Below, piece by piece: positions 13,705 to 25,465 of a stretch of DNA of 64,000 bases. The notes beneath the pieces were generated by a model. That model was not told the DNA's origin, did not search any database, and was given only the letters and a program-made list of their open reading frames with translations. Each line of letters begins with the position of its first letter. Positions within the stretch are counted from its first letter, which is position 1. Source of the stretch: Octopus vulgaris (taxonomy: Eukaryota); assembly GCA_951406725.2 (NCBI GenBank), contig OX597814.1:38502001-38566000 (forward strand). Direction: 5' to 3'. The position numbers and the translations under genes are program-made.

Positions 13705-14902
13705 ATATATATATATAGGCATATGCATATATATGTGTATATATATGTGTGTGTGTATGTATGTATGAATGTAAGTCGTTGTTTGTGGGTGTGTATGTGT
13801 GTGCGCGTGCGCGTATGGATACGGTAAGGTGGAAGTACAGAAAGATGTGAATGCAATATGAAGGACAACTGAAGAAAACATGCAGTTCAATGTTGCAATT
13901 AATTAAGCGCTTGTTTGCAATCTCGACACACAAAATAATGGAAATGAGAATATTATATGCAGTGGGCATTGCGGTACCGGAGTTATAGTCAGTTTATAAA
14001 ATTGTAGTTCACATAAGTGAGGACACGATATTTCATGTGTATATCACTAAACAAATAAATAAAAAGTAAAGTCCTTTCCCGCGACATAGGGCTGGTTTTC
14101 CCGTTCCCATGAGGTATATAGTCCCCAACGCTGGTCCGTTGTAGGATTACTAATTTTCCATATGACTGAACTGGAGTATCGTGAACTGAAGTGTCTTGCA
14201 CAAGAAAACCACACGTTGTTAGGATCAGGTATCGAAACAACAAGCTTACGACTATGAGTCAAACATTCTAACCACAACAACACGCGCTTCCACGATATCA
14301 GAGATATATATATATATAGGCATATGCATATATATGTGTATATATATATATATGTGTGTATGAATGTAAGTCGTTGTTTGTGGGTGTGTATGTGTGTGCG
14401 CGTGCGCGTATGGATACGGTAAGGTGGAAGTACAGAAAGATGTGAATGCAATATGAAGGACAACTGAAGAAAACATGCAGTTCAATGTTGCAATTAATTA
14501 AGCGCTTGATTGCAATCTGGACACACAAAATAATGGAAATGAGAATATTATATGCATAGGGCATTGCGGTACCGGAGTTACAGTCAGTTTGTAAAATTGT
14601 AATTCACATAATTGAGGATAAGATATTTCATGGGTGTATCACTAAATAAATAGAAAAAGTAAAGTCCTTTCCCGCGACATATAGGCTCATAGGGCAGGTT
14701 TTCCCGTTCCCATGAGGTATATAGTCCCCAACGCTGGTCTGTTGTAGGATTACGCATTTTCCATATGACTGAACTGGAGTATCGTGAAGTGAAGTATATA
14801 TATGTAAAGATACGTAATATATGTATGTATGTATCGTAACAACAAGCTTACGACTATGAGTCAAACATTCTAACCACAACAACACGCGCTTCCACGATAT
14901 CA
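13705..14902. repeat. Tandem duplication of an approximately 595-bp unit containing a minus-strand SINE fragment
   Basis: Unit 1 is about 13705-14300 and unit 2 about 14305-14902. They share e.g. GGATACGGTAAGGTGGAAGTACAGAAAGATGTG and the end ACGCGCTTCCACGATATCA; the ORF track shows near-identical duplicate peptides. Confidence 0.92.
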
Positions 14903-15321
14903 CGGATCTGGCCACAAAATACAGACAAATGCTTTTTTCTATTTATACATGTCGCTACTTAGTGCTTATTTTCGGCATTTTATTTACAGCGAGCCACCGA
15001 TAAACACAACCAGTCAGTGTACGGTGAGTGGAATATAGTACGAGATAACCACATCATGTCACTTGGAAGCGTTTCTCTTACAGGTTATTTATAGTGATAT
15101 GGAAATAAGTACTTAGAAATACAGCTATCCATCTCATGGTGCCTCGAATTGACTCGGTCTATAGTACGTAATGTCTACAATGAGAATTTTCTTGAAAAAT
15201 AGAGTGAATGATATTGTAATTGGTTCAAATGTCTCCCGAGAATAGTCGAACGTGTACAAAATTTGTGTATACTACACATACACACTTATACATACACTGA
15301 CACTCACACATATATATATGC

Positions 15322-15377
<56 letters not shown>

Positions 15378-15514
15378 TTGTGTGTGTTTATGTATGTATA
15401 TACGTATATATATATATATGTATAGATACGTAATATATATATATTATGTCACTGGATACGCTCTACTTTTGGTGTCCTACATCCCTCATAAAGTAAATTT
15501 GGAGGAACTTTGGT

Positions 15515-17150
15515 TGTTAGTTAGTTAAATAATTTTTGGGCTCAAAATTCAAAAAGCAAGGCCATGTAGGGGGACATGGAGTTATGTACAGGATGGTGTT
15601 CATATAAAGAGTTCAGGCCACTTGTGGTCAAGGAAGACTTTGAACCGAATGGTCGTCGGCATCTTCACTATCTCGTCCGGCAGCTTATTCCACGGATCCG
15701 CAACCCGGACGGAGAAAGCCCCTCTCTTTCGATTGAGATGAAATCGTCGCAGATAGAGCTTTTCGGAGTGACCCGCAGCCGACGCTCTGGAGCAGGAGTG
15801 AAGAACAGCTCTTTCGAGAGCTTAAACTTTCCGCTTATGATGTTGTGAGCAAGAATGAGATCACCACGGCGTCGTCGTTTTTCTAGAGAATAAAGGTCAA
15901 GCGTCTTCAGCCTTTCTTCATAAGACACATGCTTGAGTCCAAGAACCATGCGGGTGGCCAGCTTCTGGACTCTTTCGAGATGCTGTATGTCTTTGAGGAG
16001 ATAAGGAGAAGAGGCTTGATTCCCATACTCCAATATGGTTCTCACCAGCGTGACATAGAGCGGTAGGAATATGGCTGCTGTGAGCATTCCGAATGACCGT
16101 CGAATGAAGAACAGAACTCCGCGTGCATTGTTGGCAGCATGGACGCACTGAGCCGAAGGCCAAAAAGAAGAATCCACCAAGATTTGCAGGAGAAGAGCCA
16201 ACAGGCAGATGACAGCACTTTGACACGTTCAGAAAGAGGTCCCATTCGTTAGACCATCTCCAAATTTGGTGGAGGCATCGGCGAAGATCCTCTATATCAC
16301 CGCGAGGAGCGACCAGTTTGACATCATCGGCAAATAGAAGGGTGCGTTGCGTGAGGTCGTCGGGTAAGTCATTTATGAAGACTAAGAACAATAAGGGCCC
16401 AAGCACTGAACCTTGAGGCACGCCACTGCTCGCATTGGAGACGTCGGACAGCGAACCATTAACTTGGATTTGGAAGGAGCGATCTGAGAGGAAGGCACCA
16501 ACCCATCGTACAATATCCGGAGGGAAACTATATGCTTGAATCTTGACAAGTAATAGGCGGTGGTTTACCGAGTCAAAAGCTTTGGCAAAGTCCAATAAAA
16601 CGATGTCAAGAGCATCACCATGATCGAGGATGCGCGTCACCAATTCTTCCATTACCAGTAAGATGGTCAAACCAACTACCTCTCTTTGGCACGAAGCCGT
16701 TTTGGGAATCAGAGATAGATGCTGTGTTTTGGAGGTGGAGCATCATACTTTTCTTAAGGATGGTTTCGAACATCTTGCTGATTATTGAAGTAAGGGAAAC
16801 CGGTCGGTAGCTAAGCGGGTCTTCGCGGCTCCCTTTCGTGAAAATTGGGCAGATTATCGCTGTTCTCCAGTCCGCAGGTATAACAACCGTCGCCAATGAC
16901 ATATTGAATAGACGTGTTAAAGGCTCGCAGATGACCGGAGCCAACGCTTTGATAACCCGTGGGTGTATGCAGTCAGGGCCGTGACCCTTGTTGACATCGA
17001 GGCCTTGAATAACGCGTTCGACTTCGTCCCGCGTTATGACCAATCGAAGCATTGGAGGTACCGATCTATCAAATGGAGGGGATTAACGACCATCATCTTG
17101 TTTGAAAATAGTTGAAAAAACCTCGGCAAATAACTAACTCTGTTGATAAG
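15515..17150 (-). mobile_element. 5'-truncated CR1-group LINE (RT and C-terminus), frameshifted
   Basis: KGHGPDCIHPRV, WRTAIICPIFTKGSREDPLSYRPVSLTS, LDFAKAFDSVNH, SGVPQGSVLGPLLFLVFINDL, LFADDVKL and LYSLEKRRRRGDLI spread over three overlapping ORFs; 3' tail (TAAC)n near 15515-15528; frameshifts or deletion near 16200 and 16670. Confidence 0.95.
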
Positions 17151-17390
17151 GGTTGTTCATTTCTGGGTAACAGGGAGCGAATGAGGCGATAGTGTTGCCA
17201 TTAAATTTTGAATGTCAGTGTAAATCCATGTGCAACTATCTCCATAGATATACCAAATAACGTTATTTGAAATGCAAAGTTGTATCGTTTCATTTTCTCA
17301 GATAATACCTTGACTGGACGAAGGACCTTCCAGGAGATCCATAAGTGGTTTAGGAGGAGCTTGTAGGAGAGATTACATATTTTCTTTACT
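17150..17390 (-). mobile_element. Helitron RepHel coding fragment
   Basis: With one frameshift the minus strand reads LLQAPPKPLMDLLEG / KMKRYNFAFQITLFG...GFTLTFKI*WQHYRLIRSLLPRNEQP, matching the RepHel N-terminal pattern as I recall it: PPEPL..LL.G...IRKYNSAFQMTSFG...PTFKIQGQVYHRIGSLLP. Confidence 0.7.
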
Positions 17391-17603
17391 GGCATATTTT
17401 TTTTCAATTTTGTAAACAAAAAAATTGTAAACAGAAAAAATTATATAGTAATCTATATATTTATATATGGTTGTATGTCAGTAGTATGTGTTTATATTTT
17501 GTATGTTGTGTAAATTAAACAAATATAATCAAATTAACCAAATAAAACCACATGTATGAACTATTATTTTAACATTAAATAATTATTATGCCTAATTTTT
17601 TTT

Positions 17604-17650
<47 letters not shown>

Positions 17651-17759
17651 GTGTGTATGTGTGTGCGCGTGTTTGTATATACATATATATTTAGCACATG
17701 TATTAAATATTAATTTAAGGGTAAATGTGTAAATGTAAATACCTTGCAAACTTGCAAAT

Positions 17760-18790
17760 TCTTTAGCTACAACGATGACACAAAATTATCACAGGCAATA
17801 TAATACCCAGATGACGTCGCAAGCTTACAGCAGGATCTAAATGCAATATACAAGTGCACTAAGGTGTACAACATGCTGTTTAATGTGGGAAACAATTCAG
17901 CACTTCATTATCACCTCACAAATGCACTGAATCCTACATATACAGGTCCAGAGTATACTGTAATCCCAGAGTCACAACAGTGAAAAAGCTTGGGGATCAA
18001 AATGATGAATTATTTCATCTACACATTACGCAAGATGACAACAAATTTCAGACAACTGGCTTTTCAAGACTATAAACCAAGAAGTTATATTAAACATCCG
18101 GAGGAACTTTGTTCTCAGCCTGTACTACTGCTCTTAGCTATGGTTACCATATAGTGCCAAATTAGAAGAGGAGCTTGATGCGACTCAGCATCACTACAAT
18201 AAAAAGTTTGAAGCAGAGCAGCGGATGGGCTAAATGGACAGGCAAAAAATTTATGAGTTTAAAACCTGAAGCGAAATTGCGACACGATTTTAATCCTTCA
18301 GGTGAAGGTATGAGCGATACATACCTATCTACATAATAACAAATTCTAGAAAGGATAATACCTAATTTCGGCATAGACTGTTTTAAAAATACCAGAATTT
18401 GACGTCATTATATTGTACCATACATACTATTCACTCCATCTAAATGCCAGGAGCACGTAGTACAGTAGCCTAGGGTTCAAAGCTCATCAGCCATTCCGTG
18501 CCTTGCTACAAAAATTAAGAAGACTACATGTGGACGTAGATGTCTTCAAAAAGGAACTAGACATCCTCCTCTCCACATTACCGGCATGAGTTACAGACAA
18601 GGACAGCGGAATCCAAGTCCCTCATACATAAAATGAACCAATAGCGGAGTCAAAGACAGTCACATGTGTGTCGTTCTGAAATCTACAACGGTGAGATAAT
18701 AAGCCGAAAAATAATCATAAGTAACAGTGAAAATCACGGTGGTACTCCAGCATGACCGCAGCTGCATGGCGGAAACAAATAAAAGAATAT
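17760..18790 (+). mobile_element. Highly decayed CR1/L2-group LINE 3' fragment
   Basis: SYNDDTKLSQAI...DDVASLQQDLNAIYK...YNMLFN (post-YADD RT region); ends in CGGTGGTACTCCAGCATGACCGCAG...GAAACAAATAAAAGAAT tail. Confidence 0.7.
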
Positions 18791-18833
18791 AAGAATGATA
18801 GAGTAGGTATATATGTGTATGGGTGTGTGTAGG

Positions 18834-18880
<47 letters not shown>

Positions 18881-19779
18881 ATGTATTCTTCGTGGAGAAT
18901 AGCGATTTTGACGTCTATATCTAGTATATAGACTGTCCACTTTTAGTGGTCAGTCCTTTAAATTTTGTATATATATATATGTATGCATACATATATAAAA
19001 AGCATACACACATATATACATACCTGTCTATCCATCCGTCTATCTATCTATATAACTATACATACATACATACATACATACATACATACATACATACATA
19101 CATACATACATACATGCATACATACATACATAAACTAATGTCTCTTATGTAAGGCTGTATCACAATTTGTATACTTTCTGGTGGTTCTGAAAATCTTTGC
19201 TTTTTTGTGTATAAAGAGAATATAATTCAGACTATTGTCAGACAAGGTAGATATAATGATGTTGAGGATGATACAGGGGAATTATTTTGTTTTCCGCTAT
19301 GCCTGCGTGTTAAGCTCATATGAAGCCGCGTTTGAAGGTCACATCAAAGATTTTGTCTGGCAAGAATGACATATGACAGGTCAATAGGTATAAATGCTAA
19401 AATCTGCGTTCGATGTATAACAGTTTTAGACATTTGGCTGTGTGCTCTCACTGTGTAAGCAGCTATTTTCTAATTTTACATAGATGACGTAACTTGTTTT
19501 CCCTATATGTACTGCTTTAGTGAGTGATTATGTTATTCGTAAGTAAACCTAGAGAAAATGGTTGAAATAATAATGTTACTTTTAACATTTGAAACTTGCT
19601 AAAGCAGTTGAAACTTGCTAAAACTTTGAGACGAATATAAGATAATCATTTGTTTCATAAATTCTCACATTGTATGCAAAATCCCGGAATATTAAGTGTA
19701 CGTTATTGCCTTTTTCTAAAGATCGTATCTTCTTCATCAAATGTAAGAAGTTAATATTGTATAAGAAAAGGATCCGAAA

Positions 19780-20010
19780 GATGAAACTTTGGAGAACCGC
19801 ACCAGAAATCCCCGGCAATCTACGTGGCGTAGATGCAGATGCTTTCAAAGACGACTTGGAAATTTTTTGTTTGTTTCGGTTTCATTTGAGATGCCAGAGA
19901 AACCCACATCAAAAGTCAAAACGTTAATAAGGACAACCTTCACCAACTAACCAAATCACAAGAGATAAATCTAGGGTGATATAATGCCATATGAGGGAAA
20001 ATAAATAAAA
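19780..20010 (+). mobile_element. Short decayed LINE 3'-end fragment
   Basis: IPGNLRGVDADAFKDDLE resembles the LP..IR......FK..LD C-terminus seen in the fragments at 18.5 kb and 55.1 kb. Confidence 0.4.
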
Positions 20011-20619
20011 CTTGCAATTACTCTAATGTTGGTGCGACAGAATATTCTGGCAGCATCTGGATGAAAGTTATAGAAGTAAAATATACATCGTAGCTAGCTG
20101 TTTATCTATTTATCTATTCCCCCAATATATTTATATATATATATATATACACATACACAAACGCAAACACACACACACGCACACGCATGCGCACACACAT
20201 ACACACACATTCACAATATATATATGATAAATTCTTCTAGCAAACGGTTTTTAGATACCTCTACAGTTTTATTCCATTAGTCTTATATGCATACATAATT
20301 TATTTCCTTCTTTCTATGTCTTTCTGTCTTTCTTTCATTTGTCTCTCCCTTTCTAGATCTCTCTCCCATTCTCTTTCTTTCCACATATATATTTGGATAT
20401 ATACATCTAATATATATGCCTATTACAGAGATAAAGAGAGAGAGAGAGAGGAATAGGAAGAGAAAGGGAGATAAAGAGAGTGAAAGAGATAGATAGTTAG
20501 ACAAAGCTAATGAACTCTCAAAATGCATTAATTGCGGGAGGCAAATATAATTATAACAATAATCATAATTTCTACTAATAAAAGCAACGTTTTTGATATT
20601 AATTAATAAAAATAACGAT

Positions 20620-20820
20620 AGTGAGCTGGCATATTCGTGAGCACGCCGGGCAAAATTCTTGTCGGCATATCATCTGGCTCTGCGCATTTCTGTGGAGGTT
20701 GATTGTGTCTTTCATCCTTTGAGGGTTCTTCAAATAAGTACAATTTCAACACTGCTGTCAATGTAATCGACTTATTCCTTCCTCTGAAATTGCTGGCACT
20801 CTTCCAAAAGTTAAAAACAA
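20620..20820 (+). mobile_element. Degenerate SINE family A copy
   Basis: GAGCTGGCATATTCGTGAGCACGCCGGGC...CTTTCATCCTTTGAGGG...TAATCGACTT. Confidence 0.75.
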
Positions 20821-22771
20821 ATGAAATTACTAATATTCTATTTAATGAAATAATATTAAAGAAATTAAGAAATTAAGAAAAAAACTGCACATTTGGAAAT
20901 GGAGAAATATAGAAGTAAAATCAAAGACAGATTTGAATTTGATCGCATCAATAGATCCATAAAACTAAGCTCGTGGACAGAGTGGTCCCTTTCATGTAAA
21001 TAAGAAATAACTGAATAAAACGTATCATTATTAAACAAAAATTTCGTGTAACACATTTTAAAACACATTAAGAATTCAAATGTTTATAAGTGTGTAACTT
21101 AGTAAAGCAAATACATAATCAAAACGAAAGAATTTTCGAGAAATTTATAAAATGTAAGTAGTCTAGATTTTCCAAAGAAATATGCAGTAGAAAGATTTCA
21201 TTAACCAAAAGCGTATACGTGCGAGTAAACAGCATGTCAATTCATGGAATTCAATACTATTAAGAAATCTACGATATGATTGTAACACTGCTGCACAATC
21301 ATTAAAGATGAAGGTAGGTTTTTCAGGTACAATAATTTCTAATATCAGTTAAACATTAGATAAAAAAATGACTTAATGCATTTGAGTATCGAATATATAA
21401 CGGGATCGATGAGTTTGCAAATGTATTCAAAGATTGACGAGGAACAGACGAATGCATCCCAGCTTACCACACTTCGAATCCTCATAGTATCTGATAATGT
21501 TTTATTAGACTATATTCGTACGTCTCAATTCGTGTCTATGTTGGTGTTTGACTGTGTGCATGTTATTTGCAGCTATGAATGAGTCAATGAGTGCGTGTGT
21601 GTGTTTCTGTACATGCTTGTATGTGCTTACCTATGTGCACATATGCGTAATTCTATACATAAGTATATGGATACAAATACTATTTCAAAGAAGATGTGAT
21701 TGTCTATTGAACATTTCCGAAGAGCAAAATAAAAAGAATGTGTCTATTATTAGTAATTTCACCGGATATTTCAGGGTTCAATTTCTTTACTGATTTCTGT
21801 AATTAAGGCGCTAGAAAATTTGCCAAATCAGATTCAATGCAGTAATTATGACTATTCGCACAAGCAACAAACAAACTTCTGGCTAAACTGAATAAAGCAA
21901 TATACATGGTTTCAGCTCAAGTTTTAAATTGCCATGACCAATGCGTCAGCGATAACAAAGATTTAATATGAAGACAACATATGTCGATAGTCACGTCAAG
22001 CGAAAATTGAAACATGTAATGATACAAGTGATCTAAATTTCAGTCAATTTCAATTACTAAAGTCTATCATTGACATATGAAAGAAACTAATGCCAATGAA
22101 TACGAATGTTTAAAACTACCATTCTGTTTATGGCTTGACTACTTCCAATACTAGCATGGGTTAAAGATGTTTCAGAAGACAAGATTATTTACATACAATT
22201 AAAAGCATGCAAATTTAGTGATACAGTAGTTCCTTGGTTTTCGAAAAACTCTGCTCTCGAAGAAATCGTGCTTTATTGCATGGGCGGAGAGCTTTTAGAC
22301 ATTTTGCTGTTATCCAGTATACAAGCGACGTAAAAGCTTCTATTATTTTTCAGTTATTTAAAACAAGGCCTATCTAAGCCAATGAAATTTTATTTTTCTT
22401 TAATTCAATAAGATTTAGCTAGCGTCATAATCACTACGAGCAATTTCAAGAAAACAGTAACGAATTACGGGAAAATTATTTTCACACTTAAAAGTAAATC
22501 TGAGCAGAATGATGACGTTGCTCTTTGCTACCTTAATAAGCACGATCAGATTCAACACTTACTAAGCTTGAGAATTATGTACATACTTTTAAATTAATTC
22601 TTAATTTCATAAAATTACAACCCGTGAGAATTTCTGGGTCAGTGAGCATTCAGTCTATGTTTCGTTACATGTTCTGTTACTGATAGTGTAGCTTATTCAG
22701 TTCATTTGTTCGTATTGATTTTTGTTTATTAATGATTTTAACTGAAATTTAATTTTAATTATTTCCATCAT

Positions 22772-22960
22772 TAAGGCGACGAGCTAGCAGATGCGATAAC
22801 GCCTCGGACAAACTGGTTTGTGGCATTTCTTTAGAATCTTTATCTTGTCGACTCAAAACTCACCCTGATGAACTTAAACTATCACCCATTCGAATTACTA
22901 ATTTATAACACGAGTGAAGTTCTTTGGTAGATGTTATTCGCCTGACATTTTCTCAAAAAT
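22772..22960 (+). mobile_element. Degenerate SINE family A copy
   Basis: AAGGCGACGAGCTAGCAGATGCG...GGCATTTC...; diverged relative of the copy at 23071. Confidence 0.55.
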
Positions 22961-23070
22961 GTTGATCTTGTGTTAAGTTTGCAAAGAATTATCTCATTTA
23001 AAATATGAGTAATATTAACCAAATTACGACTTGCAGTTATAATATATAGATACAAATAATTTTCCGTGCT

Positions 23071-23615
23071 AGGGAGGCGAGCTGGCAGAAACGTTAGCAT
23101 ACCGGGCGAAGCGCGTAGCCCTATTTCGTCTACCGTTACGTACTGAGTTCAAATTCCACCAAGGTCGACTTTGCCTTTCATCCTTTTGAGGTCGATAAAT
23201 AAAGTACCGGTTAAGCACTGGGGTCGATGTAATCGACTTAATCCGTTTGTCTGTCCTTGTTTGTCCCCTCTGTGTTTAGCCCCTTGTGGTCGACTTTGCC
23301 TTTCATCATTTCGGGGTCGATAAATTAAGTACCGGTTAAGCACTGGAGTCGATGTAATCAACTTAATCCGTTTCTATGTCCTTCTTTTTCCTCTTTGTGA
23401 GCAGTAGAAAAATAAGAAACGTGAGCATCCCGGGCAAAAATTCTTAGCGGTCTGTCTTTATATCCTCTGTTCAAATTCCGCCCAGGTTCACTTCGCCTTT
23501 TATAACTTCGGGGACGATAAATTAATTACTAGTTGAGTACCGTGTTTGATCTAATCGACTGCGCCCCTCCCCCCAAAAAAAAACTTGGGGCCTTGTGCCT
23601 AGACTAGGAAAGAAT
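23071..23615 (+). mobile_element. SINE family A, multimeric
   Basis: GGCGAGCTGGCAGAAACGTTAGC head, GAGTTCAAATTCC B box, GTCGACTTTGCCTTTCATCC...GGTCGATAAA..AAGTACC module present about 3 times. Confidence 0.9.
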
Positions 23616-23784
23616 TTTTTCTTCCGTACAGAAATTTTATAACATTCTGACATCTCCAAGAAATTTCCGTACAGAAATTTTATAACATTCTGACGATCTC
23701 CAAGGTAGAAGTTAAATTTTTACTTAAACAGTAAAATTAAATATTTTAAAATTAATTCTTAATTCATTTTATAAGTTTAATTCT

Positions 23785-24160
23785 ATATTCTTTTCTACTC
23801 TAGGCACAAGGCCCGAAATTTTGGGGAAGGGGACCAGTGGAGTAGGTCGTTTCCAGTACGCAACTGGTACTTAATTTATCGGTCCTAGCAAAATTTGAGC
23901 TTCGGAACATAAAGACTGACGAAATACCTATTTCTTTACTACCCACAGGGTGCTAAACACAGAGGGGACACACAAGGACAGACAAACAGATTAAGCTGAT
24001 TAAATCGACCCTAGTGCGTGACTGGTACTTAATTTATCGACCCCGAAAGGATGAAAGGCAAAGTCGACCACGGCGGAATTTGAACTCAGAACGTAACAGC
24101 AGACGAAATACGGCTGCGCATTTCGCCCGGCGTGATAACGTTTTTGCCATCCCGCCGCCT
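23785..24160 (-). mobile_element. SINE family A, dimeric, inverted relative to 23071-23615
   Basis: Reverse complement of the same modules (GGATGAAAGGCAAAGTCGAC, GGAATTTGAACTCAG). Confidence 0.9.
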
Positions 24161-24325
24161 TTTTCAATTCTATATTCTCACGCATATACACTGGTTACAA
24201 TCGTATGAAAATATGAATCACGATTAAAATTTGAAGTAATTTCAACTTAATAACTAGGTATACTCATACACACGCACGCACGCATTTATATATGCGTGTA
24301 TAAACTTATACATGCGCACACACCC

Positions 24326-24371
<46 letters not shown>

Positions 24372-25060
24372 CTAGCGAGAGACTAAATAATGAAACCGCC
24401 ATTACATTCCCAAATAATTTTAATACATGTTATAATTGCGATCGTTTTTTTGTAATATATTATGAATACCTACGAGAGACTCATAGATGCTCCATGAAAG
24501 AAAACGTTAACAGTAAATATACTTTCTTTTTTCTGCTTATAGATATCATAATAATTTTCATTTAAAACGTTATGTCTGTATAATTTATGAACTAGTATAT
24601 ATTACTTTTTCCCCTCTGTGAACAGTAAAAAAATAAGAAACGTGAGCATCCCGGGCAAAAATTCTTATCGGTCTGTCTTTATATCCTGTCTCATTCGGAT
24701 TTTTCATTCTTTAAAATATAGTGCATAACTGACGAAGTTGTCATTGCCAGAAATATGAACAAAATTCATTGATAGTTATTTGAAATATGAGCATATTAGT
24801 GACTCTCAAGTACATTATTTTTCTTTTTAAGTTTGATTATTGTTAGTATTTCCATGAACTCTTCGTTAAAATTGAACTCCATTTTGCTTGTGTCTTTTAC
24901 CTAAGATTTGTCAACTAGCTGATAGGGTTACAATACACACACGTTCTTTCTATATATTTTATTTATTTTATTTTAAATATAAGTATTTATATGCAATACT
25001 CACAAGCACATCTATGGTGTAGATATATCAGTTTCTCAGCTGGCGCCAATAACTGTTATA

Positions 25061-25465
25061 TTTTACTCTTTTACTCTTTTACATGTTTCAGTCATTTGAC
25101 TGCGGCCATGCTGGAGCACCGCCTTTAATCGAGCAACTCGACCCCGGGACTTATTAATTTGTAAGCCCAGTACTTATTCTATCGGTCTATTTTGCCGAAC
25201 CGCTAAGTAACGGGGACATAAACACATCACCATCGGTTGTCAAGCGATGCTAGGGGGGCAAACACACACACGCATATATATGTATATATACATATGCACG
25301 ACGGACTTCTTTCAGTTTCCGTCTACTAAATCCACTCACAAGGCTTTGGTCGGCCCGAGGCTATAGCAGAAGACACTTGCCCAAGGTGCTACGCAGTGGG
25401 ACTGAACTCGGAAACATGTGGTTGGTTAGCAAGCTACTTACCGCACAGCCACTCCTGCGCCTATA
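25061..25465 (-). mobile_element. tRNA-derived SINE family B (CORE-like), full length
   Basis: Reverse complement: GGCGCAGGAGTGGCTGTGCGGTAAG...GAGTTCAGTCCC...CACCTTGGGCAAGTGTC...internal TA/TG array...GGCGGTGCTCCAGCATGGCCGCAGTCAAATGACTGAAAC tail; closely similar to 55411-55830. Confidence 0.92.
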
